Assembly (NCBI RefSeq): GCF_009914755.1
Contig: NC_060930.1
Origin: the human T2T-CHM13v2.0 reference genome, Homo sapiens
Length of the DNA stretch: 64,000 nt
Reading direction: 5' to 3' (one strand)
Below the pieces are notes generated by a model. That model had not been told where the DNA came from and searched no databases. It saw only the letters and a program-made list of their open reading frames with translations. A program made the translations under genes and the position numbers. Numbering within the stretch: position 1 is the stretch's first letter; the number at the start of each line of letters is the position of its first letter. Positions 28,502-42,650 of the stretch are shown piece by piece.

Positions 28502-30686
28502 CCAGTAGAGATTAACAAAACAGAAGAATACTTCGTTCACAAATTAAATCGTTATTTCAGTATTTATTGAGTGTGTTGGGTACTGTTAGATGTTAGAATG
28601 ATTTTTAATTTGATATAAGCATACAAATTCAGAGCTGGTGAAAACCTGAGAAGACTATGAGCCCATATCCCTTTGTTCATGGATAACAAAACAGAATCAT
28701 AAAAGGGAGTGGCAAGGCTGCCCTAGAACATACATGAAGACAAACATAGTTCCCTCCCTCAGTTAGTTAGATCGACATATACCCACAATTAAAATATGTT
28801 GTCAAAGTGCTTGGAAGAGCAAAAGCTGGGGTGGAACAGCATGGACAAAGTGCTTAAATGCCCCCAGTGAAGAACAGCAGTGGGGACTTCTTAAAGGAAC
28901 TGACACTCCGTATGAGAATCAAAGAAATAAGCAGGCTTTTGCCAAGGGACTACACAGGAAGGGCTTGATGGCTGGAGAGAAGAGAGCATACAAAAAAAGT
29001 GCACAGTTATGAGACAGTGACAATGCCTGTTCAGGGACTACTCAACAGCTCAGCCTGCCTGCAGTACAGGGGGCATCAGTGGGGTCTGGAGTGCTAAGGG
29101 TGGCAGGGAGGAGGAGGCTGTATCTGTGAGAAAGCTTGGTAAGGAGGTAGCAGAACAGGGAAGACATGATAAACTACGAAGCTGGAACGCTGTAGGGGTA
29201 GCAGTGATCATATGCCAGGTTGGAAAATGTCACTTTTATCTCTTAGCACTGGGGCACCAACAAATGGATTTAAGCCCGTAAGTGACTGGATTAGCATGGA
29301 CCTGAGGGGTTAATGCTGGGAAATCAGTTAAGAAGTGACTGTCACAATTTAATTGAGAGATGATTGTGGAGAAGATAGCAGTTGGAGAAGAGAGAAAGTA
29401 GACTAAATTATAGTACGGAGGAGCTAAGTAGGGTTGAGCTCTACTGCTGAAAGAGACAAAAAGGTCTATGGCAGGGACAAGCTTTGGTGTTGAAAGAGAA
29501 CAAGAAGTCTATGGCAGGAACTAAAATTCAAATGCCTTCATAGATGAGACAGGTAAATTAACAGGTACCCCAGTGGTGAAAGAGGGAGTGGTGGAGACTG
29601 TCGTAAACAGAGGGTGCAGGCCCCACTTAAAGGCATCCAGTTACTCATTATCTAAAACACTGGCTCGTCAAAAGAAACCACTGTGGGATATATTTGAACT
29701 CTAAGCCATGAGTTCAACAGACAGTGATTCTAACCCTGGCTACTCATTTGAATCATTAGGGCAGCTAGGCCCAAACCCTGGCATTACTTCTCAAACATTA
29801 ATGGCTCCAGGCTGGAGTACGCACATAGATACATATTTAAAAGCTATCCTGGTGATCTAAAGTGCAGTCAGGGTTGAGTACCACCCCTGGCAACAATGGC
29901 TTCTAGATGTTTAGCATGAATAATTTGGGTGGACAGTGATGTCAGTCATTAGGACAAAGAATACAGACAGGTGCAGACATTTTCTGCAATAGATGTTAAT
30001 ATGGGCTTGAATACATTAGATGAAAGAAGTCTGTTAGTTACCTGTGTAAAGTCAGGTGGGAATTTTATAAGAAGGCTCAGAGACTTTATATTCTATACTT
30101 TCAGCCTTTTCAAATATCAAAATTAATTAACCACTTGGGCTCCTAAATTAGTTGATGGCTTAAATAGAATGCTAAGGGATTATCCAATTAAGAAAATACT
30201 CAGGATATTCACGACATTCTTAAGATTTTATTTAAGATATGTGCACATTAAAGATGCATTTTTAATGAGGAATTTATATCTTAAGGGAATGATGGCACTA
30301 CATTGGCCATACACAAACTGTGTCCTATTGTCAAGGTGACTAAGCTCTTCACATATAGTAAGAAAAGCAAAACAAAAACAAAACAAAATTTTAATACCAC
30401 CAAAAAACAAAAGAACTCATCTTGCTGCCTAAGGAAAAAGCAAAAATAGTAGTTATTCTGATTTGTTCTGATCTCTCAAATAATGAAATTTTGAAATTTC
30501 AGAAATGTTCATAAACCTGAGTTCCATAAGCATAGTAACTTTACATCTTACTTTTGCTATGCTGATATCTGAAGATATACAAAAGTCTTTGTGATAATGC
30601 TGCTATTTTTCTACCATGAACTGTAAACTTGGTAATATTTGCCATTTTGTGGTTTCTATCTTTAAATACTTTTATCTTTCTATTCA

Positions 30687-31455
30687 CAAACATGAAAAAT
30701 TGCTTAACATCAGTAAACATCAGAGAAATGCAACTCACAACCACATTGAGATATCATCTTACATCATTCAGAATGGTTACTATTAAAAAGTCAAAAACAA
30801 CAGATGTCATGGATGCATAAAATAGAGAACACTTATACACTGTTAATGGAGATGTAAATTCATTCGACCTCTATGGAAAACAGTATGGGGATATCTTAAA
30901 GAAGTAAAAATAAAACTACCATTTGACCCAGCAATGCCACTATGAGGTATCTGCTCAAATGAAAAAAAATCATTATATAAAAAAGACACCTGCACTCACA
31001 TGTTCATCACAGCACTATTCGCAGTGGCAAAGTCATGGAACCAAACATAAGTGTCCATCAGTGGCTGATTGGGTAAAGAAAATGTGGTATATATACACCA
31101 TGGAATACTATTCAGTCATAAAAAAGAATGGAATTATGTCCTCTGCAGCAACATGGATAGAGCGGGAGGCCATTATCCTAAGTGAACTAACTCAGAAATA
31201 GAAAATCAAATATTGCATGTTCTCACTTACAATTGCTACACATAGACATAAAGACGGAAATAACAGACACTAGGGATCTCAAAAAATGGGGAGATTGGAA
31301 TGGGAACTGAGGCTTGAAAAATTACCTATTGAGTATTATGTTGAATATTTGGGTGATGGACACACTAGAAGAGCTCAATCCCCATCATTATGAAACATAC
31401 CCAAGTAACAAACATGCACATGTATCCCTTGAATCTAAAAGTTTTTTTAAAAAAA
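30687..31455 (+). mobile_element. L1PB/L1MA 3' portion (ORF2 C-terminus plus 3'UTR)
   Basis: ORFs 30629.. and 30923.. translate to L1 ORF2-like peptides (IREMQ...RYHLT, KKMWYIYTMEYYS). Confidence 0.9.
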
Positions 31456-31621
31456 CTTGTATTTTTATATTTAATTATCAGTCCCTCTAAACTCTGACTG
31501 ACTGGCATGCATGCTTGTCAAGACTTCTTTCTAAATGGGGCCTTTAAGTAATCCTTTGACTCCACGATGCTGTTTAAGTAATTAGATCTGGTGATTTGAA
31601 GTTTATTTATTGAAAAGACAG

Positions 31622-31813
31622 TGGAATAGGCCAAATAATGGCCCTCTAAAGTATAACTATATCCTAGTCTCTGGAATCTGCGAATGTTACATATATATAT
31701 GGACTTTGCAATGTGATTAAGTCAAGGATCTTGAGATGGTGAGATTATCTTGGATTATTCAGGTGGGCCCAGTTTGTGGTAATTTGTTACAGCAGCCACA
31801 GAAAACTAGTACA
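31622..31813 (+). mobile_element. Internally deleted MLT1D-like LTR
   Basis: aataatggcc...gaatctgcgaatgttac...aggtgggccc joined to gtttgtggtaatttgttacagcagccacagaaaactagtaca. Confidence 0.65.
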
Positions 31814-32689
31814 CCTATGACAAGCCATCTGACACATCTACCAAGATAAGTACTGCCACATCTCATTTCTCAGTTGTGTTAAGACTGAAAATAGTAGAAA
31901 GGGGATTTAAAGATGCATACAGTCTATGCATCTTTATATGGTGTCTACTATACAGGTAAGCTATTAGAATTAGGTAAGCCCACATCAGGCTACGTGGCAC
32001 ACAGACTGATGGGAAGAGAACAGAGATGGTATCTAGGAACTGATAGATATGTACAAATGCAAGCAGATCAGTGAGGTCAACCAGCAGGAAGCAAGGTTCT
32101 AACCACAGGGTTTCAGAGACAAATTCTAGAACCTATGGCTATGAGCAAATTCTGGTGCTACAGACTCAGCAGGCACCAAAGAACAAAAAGAAGAAAGAAA
32201 ATTGGATATAGGATATACTGGAAAAGCCACATGTTCTTACGTTAGAGATAACAGGCAAAAATGTGGCTCTACAAATTACTAAACTTGACACAATGATTGA
32301 ATCCAGGTAAACCTACGTATTCTTAGTTTAAATGGAATTATATCTACTGTGTTAGATTGTTCTATGAAGATTAAGTGAAATATTAGACATAAAAAATTAT
32401 ACACAGTATTTCATCCATAGTAGATAAACACTCATACAATATTAAATTTTTAAGAAGGGAAACACAAATATAGAACTGACAAGGCAGTAAAAGTAGTTTA
32501 GGGTTGTTACGGGAACTTGGGATGACACATCTTATATTTGTTCAGCCTATGATCAGACAGATATCAAATGATACTAAAGATAGAGAAAAAAGGAATTCAG
32601 ATAAGAAAACTGTAAGGGACTCTCATCCAGTTAGAGGTGGTTAAGATGATTAATTAATTAACTGATAGTTACTGTTTAAAATTAGTCAA

Positions 32690-32860
32690 TAATTATTTTA
32701 AGAATTTTACAAGTGCATTTCATAATTATTTAATTCTTATGACAACTCTATTATCCCCATTTTACAGATGATGAAATAAAGGCAAAGAAAGATTAATTAT
32801 CTTGCCCAAGGACACATAGCCAGAAGTTACCAAATTTGGATTCTAACCCAGATAATTTAA
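32690..32860 (-). mobile_element. MIR
   Basis: attatccccattttacagatgatgaaa...cttgcccaaggacacatagc. Confidence 0.7.
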
Positions 32861-33493
32861 TTAAAGACCTTTCTAAAAGTAGAAAAAGGTTATGGTAACA
32901 TCACCCTTTATGAAAATCACACACCATGCTTTAGTTTATTTATTAATTAGAATATCTGAGTATTTACCACGGGTAAAGGAAATGTTCTTTAATAATCATG
33001 ACTTGGACCTTTTATTTATGACAAATAACATTCTCTTTAATTCTTTGAAGTTAGTCTGTATATATCTTTTTATTTAAAACATCTGTGGGCAGAGTTATTT
33101 GTGATTACAAAGGAAACTCAGACTGTTGACTGCTAGAGAAGACTGGTTAACATTTCTTATCATTCAACATGTGGACCATGGGTATCCATTTTTGGATATA
33201 GTTTTAAATATGATTATATTCCTCAAGATCATTTTGACCTATAAAAACTTTAATTTGAAACCATCACCCTAATGTGGAATCAGCGTTCTTGGAGGTAACT
33301 TGTACTAGAGCACTCTGCTTGGTACTCAAAACTACTCCATTGTGGTTAACTCATTCTGCCTGTTCCCCAGGGGCCATTTATATGAGTCACAATTTAGTTA
33401 ATGATATGTGGTAACCCAAAAAATGTTAAATTATGGTTGGAAGTTTTTTCTAAGCAAATGTAATGTTCCGCTATATTACTATATAAATTCAGA

Positions 33494-33641
33494 ACAAGGT
33501 CACATACAGTATTCTGATTATATTTATAAAATAAAATAAATTTCTACCTCTTTTATGAGGTACTGTATGTGACCAATACAAGGTCACATACAGTATTCTG
33601 ATTATATTTATAAAATAAAAAAAATTTCTACCTCTTTTATG
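33494..33641. repeat. 64-bp tandem duplication with an inverted templated linker
   Basis: Copies at 33494-33557 and 33578-33641 (1 mismatch); linker contains the reverse complement of ggtcacatacagta. Confidence 0.92.
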
Positions 33642-35023
33642 GGAAAAAATCCAAGGTTAACTTAGTTTAAGGTAAACCTTAACTAACATGTCAGAGCTTG
33701 TGTCCTAAAAACATAATAAGTATTCATTGCCTGGTTATCATTTAAAAGGCATATTCTTTAGCTCCATAAACTGCTGCATTCTTCCCTGAGGAAAATATCG
33801 AACAAAATAAACAGAGGGACAAAGTAGAAATAAAAGTTAGCTTGATATGATAAAGTAAAATTATTTAATGTGGTTGCCTATAAAAGTACCTAATTTCTTA
33901 AGAAAAAGAGTCAGAATTGAAACTCATTATTTGACACTATAAAATCAATTAGTTAGCATATTAATATAGAATTGTTTTAGAAATATATATCCTGTGGGAT
34001 TACATATTCTGTGTGATTTTTTTTTTTTTTTGCATCCTTCTTGATGGGTCAATTATATAGGTGTAGACTCCCAAGGCTCTCCCGATGAGTTCCATGCTTC
34101 TAAAACCTTTCAGAATATCATATTGTCCCTTGAAGGGGAAAAAAACTATAGAGAAATAGAATGTGATCTAGCTTCCACCATAACGAATATCTTTTGTCAT
34201 CCCACAAAACACACCAGCTTGAGTATAATGAATCTTTTTGGTCTCAGATATTTATTGACTCATTTATAATCATCACAGACTACTACTACCTTTCAAATAC
34301 TGTATCTTTTCTTCTAAGGGTTCAAAATGCTTTGATAATAACTTAAATTCCTAACTATCTATCACATACAACCATAACTGACATGGAACATGGCATACAG
34401 AAAACAGTATTTATCCACATACAAGAGCAGTTGTAAAGCAAAACATTTATTTTCACTGAACTATTTGAGAATAAAGAGCAGGCATTAGTCTACCTCATTT
34501 ACAGACGGGAAACTAAGCAATAAAGTGAAATCTTTTGTTCATATTCACACAGAAGAACTGTGGAAAACATAAGCTCTCTCTGATTTCCAGCTCAGTGTGG
34601 AGCAACTGAAGCTCTACTTTCACTTTCTTAAGAAATAGTTACTTTTACAAAACATATTTGGTCTACTCAAGAAATATATTCAGGTTGATAATCTCCAGCT
34701 CAGTCTTTGAGAAATTTATTTTAGACTTCAGCCAAATTCACTGTCTTAATTATGGAAGACTTGCTAGTTTAATAAACCTACTCTACAGCCCACTGCTCAG
34801 TCTTTGACATCAGAATTCTAATATAGCCAGGTCCAAAATGCAAATGGTGCCATCTACATTACTACCGCCACTCCAGCAGCACTGTTATTAAATTAATAGC
34901 ACAGTCTGCAAGAAAAAAACAGCAGGGACCCAAATGGTGTGGAACCAGTTGAGTTTCTGTTTAACCTTCAGCAGATAGAAACACAGAGCCAGTTCAGTCA
35001 TGGTTCGCTTAGTCAATCCGTAC

Positions 35024-35043
35024 TCAAGAGCTGTGTCCAACTT
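35024..35043 (-). CDS. TRDN: Alternative terminal exon after exon 5, coding part EVGHSS* (short ~167-aa isoform)
   Basis: Long pyrimidine tract ending tcctttgatcacag, then (G)AA GTT GGA CAC AGC TCT TGA; minus-strand AATAAA at 34715-34720, 34446-34451 and 34251-34256; matches my recollection of the short annotated isoform. Confidence 0.8.
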
Positions 35044-36228
35044 CTGTGATCAAAGGAATTAAGAACCGAAAAAAGGAAAGAGAACAGTAAGGAGACATTA
35101 GTTTCCTAAGTACAAATATAAATAGGTTTCAACTGAGTGAGCTTCAATGTTCTGATTGTTGAAGAATTGGCTGACCAATCTAGAATGAATTCAAACATTA
35201 GGATTAAAGACATAATATCTGTAGAATGATTTGAGCCCTTCCCAAAAAGAAAGCACATGAAGTATATTTTAAAAACAACAGCAACAACATGGCATTGTAT
35301 TAATATAAATTCACGTGCTAGTATAATTTAATTGGTACTTTTATTATTTGAAAATTTACTAGCTGCAACTGTGGTATTTACTACAGATAATTTTGCATTA
35401 GCTAGTTTATGACATAGTAAATACTGGATAAAATTCCATTTTTATCTCAGAAATAAATTATCTCATTTTCTGTCTGCATTATACAAATATAGTTATTATG
35501 AGATCTTTATTTTTGCCCTGGCTCATTCAAAATCATGTGAAACTGACCATTGGGAAAACCTGGGCACGCTTAGAAGAATATATTTTTGAATGTCTTGCTT
35601 CCTATTAGTTTCTTTAAAGTTTTATGACTATCTCTGTCACCCACAGAAAAGTTATTCTTATAAGATAAGCAAGACAATGCTGGTCTTTCTTAATTTGCTT
35701 CTGCTGCAAGATTGCCATTACTGGATTCAGTTCAGCTGAAAGTGATATTAATCATCATGCTGTCACTGTCCATCTACCTCTTGAGGCTGTGCAGGAGAGC
35801 CGTGGGGCTTTCTTACACGACCTCTGCCATGAGGTCATATAATGACTCTGCATTTCTACACCAAAGATTGTAAAGATATTGCATGACAGAAGGAATTCAG
35901 GTTAAAAAAAAATAAACTCTGACTTGTTACACTAACTTCTTAAAAGAAAAAAAATTATTTCCTCAGTAAATCAATATGTATTTGAGCTACTCTCTTAGTA
36001 ATTGTAAATAATTTAAAAATTATTACACATTTTGAAGTTACTTTGATTCCAACTATTAAATATTATTTATGTTATTTATACATTTATAACTGAAATTAAC
36101 TGAGGAGTAAATTTACTTATTTAATATCAAAAATGTTACAAAAACACTAAACATGAAATTTTTTCTCACATATGAATACACAAAAATATATATCTAAATG
36201 AAGAATAAACATAAAATGAAATGTTTAC

Positions 36229-36288
36229 CTTTAGTTTGTATTTTCCTTTCAGGTTTCTCTTGTTTTTCAGTCTTATCTTTGTGTATTT
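36229..36288 (-). CDS. TRDN: Triadin exon 5 (60 nt): EIHKDKTEKQEKPERKIQTK
   Basis: Acceptor ttttttcttag; donor AAG|gtaaac. Confidence 0.96.
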
Positions 36289-37527
36289 CTAAGAAAAAAT
36301 AGAATTTATAATTTTAAAACTCTGAAAATGTATAAAATTTAAGCCATAGCTATGACCTAAACTTTATAAACCTACCACAAAGTTTAAATTATTATACAGT
36401 TACTAACAAGTTTATTGGAGTCTAAAAGAGTCTTTGTAACATTTTGCTAAACAAATCACTTATTTATTGAAATAAGGGAAAAATTGGAGTTATCTCAAAA
36501 TTAGAGTTATTTGGAAAAGCTTAAACATTTAATAGACAGAGCTATGTTGTCACCATTTTCAGTGCTAAAATTGGTCACAAACTATAATTATTTTTATTTC
36601 AATTACTCTCAATACAAATTAAGAATCCTTAATAAGAATGTCATTTAGATTTAGGAAGATTTAGTTTTTACATATTAAATTAAGAATTTGTGAAATGAAC
36701 TGTAACAACTATCTAATAGGAAATATATTTCAGAAGTATTGACTCTAAGCTATGTTTATAATCAGCATTTGGCATTACATTTAACCAATAATTACTGCAA
36801 GCAGATATGACACATTTCATAGAATAAGTTAGTTGTACTTTTTTTCTAAACATCAGGTTTTAGCAAATATATTCAATTTTCTGCTAGCTTCAGTATACAT
36901 ACATTACCAAGGCTAAGAAAATGGAGTTAATTCTGAATTTACAGTTAATTTGGATAGAAGTGAATTTGAGATTAGAGTTTACAAATATGATTGCTACCTT
37001 TGAAAAGTGACTTAATCTTAAATATAGTGTTTTTTCTTAGAAAAATGCTAATGAGGTTTACTTATTTATTTATCACAACTTTATTCCACAGATGGTCTGA
37101 GATGGTGTTAATTACTGTACACATTTTAAATTCTCCATTTGTAAATCTGCATTTGCATTTTTGTAGTTTTTCCAAAAGTCTACTAAATTAAGATCAACCA
37201 TGGAAACACCCTAAATATCTTCAGAAAAGACAGCTACTAGCTTTCATTCACCTGTTAAGGAGGTAACCACCATTGTGAAGGTTTTCTTCCTAATTTTTCT
37301 CATTAATCAGTTATCTTACTATTTACAGGGTCACTAATCTACTCTTATCTCAACTGTGACTTTGAATATGGTGATGAAGATATGAACAGGTAAGGCACTC
37401 ATTCTTGTCCCTGAAAACAATTCTCCAAAATGTAAGGAAATATCTCCAAATGACATAGGAAATGCCCATCTTCCTGTCTCTCTCACCATTTTGTTTATTT
37501 CTTCTCTAGTCTCCAAATTTTACTCTA

Positions 37528-37758
37528 CAGCAGGGTTTCTTACATTAGCACTTTTGACATTCTGAATTGGGTGAAGCATTATTTTGGGGAGGGGCTATTT
37601 TGTGCATTTTAGGATATTCAGCAGCATTCCTAGCCTCTACCTTTTAGATGCCAGTAGCCCCCATATCCACCTCCCAATCTTGACAATGAAACATGTCCAG
37701 AGACTTTGCCAAATGTCTCCTACAGGGCAAAATGAATCCTAGTTGAGAACCACTGCTC
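37528..37758. mobile_element. MER20 hAT transposon
   Basis: cagcagggtttctt...gacattctg...agcagcattcctagcctctac...gttgagaaccactg. Confidence 0.8.
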
Positions 37759-37797
37759 TAAACTTACATGATAACCAGAGTAATCACTATCACTGTC

Positions 37798-38568
37798 TAG
37801 ACCTATACTATCCAATGCAGTAGCCACTAGACATTTGTGCATATTAAGGACATGATATATGGTTAATCCAAATTGAGAGGTGCTGTAAGTATAAAATATA
37901 CACTAGATTACAAAAACTTAGAATAAAATATAAGTAAAATACCTCATTAATAATTTTTATATGAATTATATTTTGAAATGATATTTTGGTCATATGGGTG
38001 TGATAGTTTTATTATTGGCTCAGTTTGGCTAGGCTATTATCCCAAGTTATTTTATCGAATACTAACCTAGAGTCGCTTGCAGGTATATTGCAGATGTAAT
38101 TAAAATCACTAATTAGTTGACTTTAAGTAAGACGATTTTGCAGATTTTGTATAATTTGGATGGGCTTCTCTGATTTCTTTGGAAAGCCTTAAAAACAGGC
38201 CTGAGATTGCCCAGGGCAAAAGGAGAAATTCTGCCTGTGAATGACAACTTTGGTTGACAGCTTCTAGGCTCAACTTGCCTGTGATCCTCCCTTCCTGACT
38301 TCCTGTCATATGGGTTCAAAAATGCCTGGCCAGTTCCCACAATCGCATAATCCAATTCCTTGTAATAATTTTTTTAAAGTATAAAAGTGTCTCCATAATC
38401 TTCTACTGGTTCTACTTCTCTGTTTAATCCCTGACTGATACATTGAATTCAGTAAGATATATGATTAAAATTAGTTTTATATTTTTCTTTTTACTATTTT
38501 AAATGTGGCTACTAGAAAATCTTAAATTACATATGTGACTCCTATTATATTACTACTAGGCAGGTCTA
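37798..38568. mobile_element. MER33-like hAT element interrupted by an MLT2 LTR
   Basis: tatccaatgcagtagccactag ... aaatgtggctactagaaaat ends on both sides of the LTR. Confidence 0.7.
37999..38442 (+). mobile_element. MLT2-like ERVL LTR
   Basis: tgtgatagtt...tcagtttggctaggctat...ctactggttct...ccctgactgataca. Confidence 0.7.
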
Positions 38569-41500
38569 AGGCACGTCTAATCCCAGGGGGAGCAAAGGAC
38601 CTTTACAAAACTTTAGGTCATCCACAGACACAAACTGATTTCAAATGAACTGAAAAAACAAACTTGATATTCTCTCCTGTCAATACTGTTTTGCTTGCTC
38701 CCTCCTCTCCAAGCCAACAGATGCTGTGAAGAAGATTGGTGATTTGTTTAATTCAGGTCCATAAAGCAGTAAAATATCAAAGATTTAGACTGGTCTTTGG
38801 ACGTACTAAGGGAGTTGCCTTTAAGAGATCATTCCTTACTCCTAGTAGGTATTAATTGGAATATAGAGATGGCATGAAATTTTTAAAATTGAAAAATTGC
38901 ATGGAATGCTACATTCACCATGTAATGGGGAGGCCTTAAAATTGTCATTTAGAATAATATTTTTTTTAGAGGTAGGGGTGTGTGCATATGTGTGTATATA
39001 TACATGTATGTCTTCCACAGATACCAGCTGACCATTCAAAAGAATAAAGAAGGGATTCTGGAGCTCACACGGGAGAATAAGACGTGGGTTAGACTCTTCC
39101 ATAGAATCCAGTGCTGAAGGCCATCTTGCCTGAAAAAATCCTGTCAGAGCCTCCTACTCTAACTTAGATTTTGCAGAAAAGACTGGACAGAGTTGTGGTG
39201 GTTTTGGGGACTAGAAAGACGGTCCTTGTTGATCATAGTAGGGTTTCCTGCAAGGTAGGTGTAAGTTTGCACATCAGAAAACAGATGAAAGAAGTACTAG
39301 CAGGAGCTACCTTGCTCCTCTTAGCTCTTGTGTACTCAGACATATCCTGACAAAGGAAATGAGTGCTAGGTAGTAGCAGTAAGTGAAATGAGCAAGGGAC
39401 CATCCTGAAAAAAAGAAATAAAGACAAATCTCAAAGACTAGGGTCAAGACCACCACTCAGGAGAAGGGAAATGCTAGGGTAAATGTATTATCTCCCTTTC
39501 CCAAATACATGAAAGGGAGGTAACTCTAAAGTGAAAGGTAAGTACTTGCATGTTGGATATGCTTCATAATAAGTTTTACTTAAGCAAAAATAAAAATAAA
39601 TAAAGGAAAATTAGACTAAAAAATGGCAATTTATTTCAGAGCAGTTATTTTTTACTCTATGGTAAGCAGAGTAGATGCAACCCAGTTCTACAACTTAGAT
39701 CAGTCTCACAGGGAAAGCCTCATTTTTTATTTTCCTGATTCTGCACTTCAGCCTTAGAACAAACTAAGACAACCTCACTGCTGTGGGCAGATGCAGGCAG
39801 TTGTTTTGCAAGCAGAGGTCAACCATTTTTAAAAAGATACACACACAGTAAAGTCTCTAGAGCTCACAATAAAGTATACAAACTTACATAGGCAGATTTT
39901 TGTTTTACAGGTACATTATCAACTATTTTTAACTGAAATATTAATATTTCTACAGAGGCAAGCATGGCAAAACACAGCAGAACTAGTAAAGACATACACA
40001 CACCTACATTTATTTGCTCAGGAAGACAAAAAATTATTTCTGATGATTCAGACTTAAGGAGAAATTAAATGTTTCTTTGCATGTTTTATTGCAACTTTGC
40101 GTTCTCTTTGGGGACTGGATTCCATCACTGGTGTCACTGACTGTTGATATCTGTTGTCAGGAGAATCCAGTAAAGCCTCCACATGGCGTGCCAGTTCTGT
40201 CTCCTTACACTTTAGCCAGGAAATGATGCTATTCAAGCTCCTGTCCAATTCAGTAACATGTTACTAATTTAGACTTTGGAAAGGTATTTTTCTCATAGGG
40301 AGGCAATGCCTGATTTGTTACCTTTGATTGCTCTTTCCAGCTAAGGCTGTATTTGTATAAATTGCAAAATCAAATTTAAAAGATTCGAGTCATTAAAGGT
40401 AGAAATTTATTGTCCAACAATCTTCAAATAAAATTAAGTTTTCTATATTATGTTAATACTAGCTTCTGGTTATTTAATAATTTGCAAAGATAGGTGAATG
40501 TCTCCACTTAATATAACATGAAATAATGTATAATAGCATAAAATTTTACTTAAACATCATGACACCTTTTGAGGATCACTTTACTTAAACCTGAACCAAA
40601 CCTGGATACAAGAGACTTAGAAGAAAGGCAAGGCAGTCATTATTTACCTCCACATATATGTCCTTTGCAATTAGGTGGATGTCCAATGTCTCTGAAAAGG
40701 TGTTAAGTCTCAGCACCAGATGCTAGTTGGAATCATAAGCCATATTTGTAACCGGTAAATCTTAAAAATTGTTTTGTGTCTTAGAAAGCACAGAGGTCAA
40801 AGTATCTTAATCCACGTGTGAGTCTGCCCATAAATTCTTAAAGGTATGAGTTTCTATTTGAATTTTGAGAAGGGAAGAAGGGAAAAAGACACGGAAAAAA
40901 AGTTACAATTATCTTAATGTGTTAGGAGGCAACAAAGGGAAATCCCTTTATTCTACTGAGTCACTGGTAGCTTTGCCTAATAAGAAAGAATTAGCACTCC
41001 ACTAAAGTTGCCGGTGTCAGTAATGGTTTCAAGGGCACTGAAGGATTTAAGAGAAGGGCAAATTAATTTCAAAGAATGTAGGAAGTGTATTTCTACTTCT
41101 TTTACTACTCCTGACTTTCCCCTAACACTTTTCTGGTGGCTGGTAGGGAGGTATGAGTGAAGATAAGGGAGGAAAAAGTAGTATCTCCTCTTAGATCCTT
41201 ATCGCTATTCATCTCTCACTCCAAGACTAAAAGCTTTTGAAATCCAAAGAAAACATTATCATACTGGGCTTTAAATGCATTTACAACTTTCTTTCATTAA
41301 GGAACTCAGAGAATTTAAACTCTGACTTTCATGGTTTATCATTCAATGGCGATAGCAATGAAATATATCTTCCTCACACAGACTGTTTTTCCAAAGTACA
41401 ATGCCAAACAGAGGAGGAGTTATAATAATTTATTATGGTGTTGAGAATAAATAAAAACTAGTCACATTTTTAGATTATTCTTTATTTCAGGATTCCGATG

Positions 41501-41689
41501 ATCTGTAAAGAATTATTTTAATTATTTTAATAATCCTCATATGAAAGATGTTATAAATCTATAGTATACTAATATAATTAAAATATCATGCATTTTGATA
41601 GGAAAATGTAGACATAGATAAAACTATTAAAAGATCTATACAAAAATATGTGCATCTCTGACATCCATTAAAATACAGCTTAATGTTGA

Positions 41690-41905
41690 AGATAATTAAC
41701 ACGGGAGTCAATCTGCTCAATTCAAATCTGATTTCCATACTTACTAGCTGTGTGAACTTCATTTCCTCATCCATAAAATAAGATTAACAGTAGTGTCTAC
41801 CAGATAGGATTATATGGGGATTAAAATATGTTAAAATGTAAAACATTTAGAGCATCATTTGTGTCAAGTAAGCATCATGTGAATGCCATCTATTATTATT
41901 ATTTG
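41690..41905 (+). mobile_element. MIR
   Basis: ttcaaatctg...acttactagctgtgtga...tttcctcatccataaaat. Confidence 0.65.
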
Positions 41906-42289
41906 TCTCTCTCACTAAATAACTAAATTTGATGAGGGCAAGAATTATGTCTATTTTGTTCCACATTAAATTTTCAATGCCTAACATGATGACTGGAATA
42001 TACTAGCCACTTGAGAAATGCATACTACTTGAAAAAATATTCAACCATGATTATGAGTTATCAATTCTTGCATATTTTAGAAGGTGGTGATGGATCATAT
42101 TTTACTTGTTTTTTATGATACAACTTTCAAAATACTATTTAACTACTAAAATGATTATACTTGAAAATTTGAAAAAATATTTTATTTCTAAATATTTTAA
42201 ATTTCTGTTAGAAATACAAGGGAAAGTTGCAAGATTTTACTACTTATGGAAATAAGATATGCCAAAGGTACTTATAAACTGCAACGATT

Positions 42290-42410
42290 GGCCAGGTGCA
42301 GTATCTCACACCTGTAATTCCAGCAATTTGGAAAGCTGAGTTGGGCAGATTGCTTGAATCCAGGAATTCAAGACCAACCTGGGCAACAGGGTGAAACTCC
42401 ATCTCTACAA

Positions 42411-42461
<51 letters not shown>

Positions 42462-42650
42462 AAATGAGCTGGGTGTGGTGGTGCACAACTGTAGTCCAGC
42501 TACTTGGGAGGCTGAGACAGGAGGATCCCTTGAGCCCAGGAGGTTGAGGCTGCAGTGAGCCATGATGGTGACACTGCATTTCCGCCTGGGCAGCAGAGTA
42601 AGACCCTGTCTCAAAATAAATAGAACAATAAAAGAGAAAACAGAAAAACA
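42290..42650 (+). mobile_element. AluJ with expanded (TAAA)n in the middle linker
   Basis: Target-site duplication aactgcaac(g/a)att; (taaa)n at ~42408-42463. Confidence 0.92.

Noticed and set aside
28451-29520. Short direct repeats as a CRISPR-like array
   Set aside because: Only two copies each, no spacer series, and human DNA
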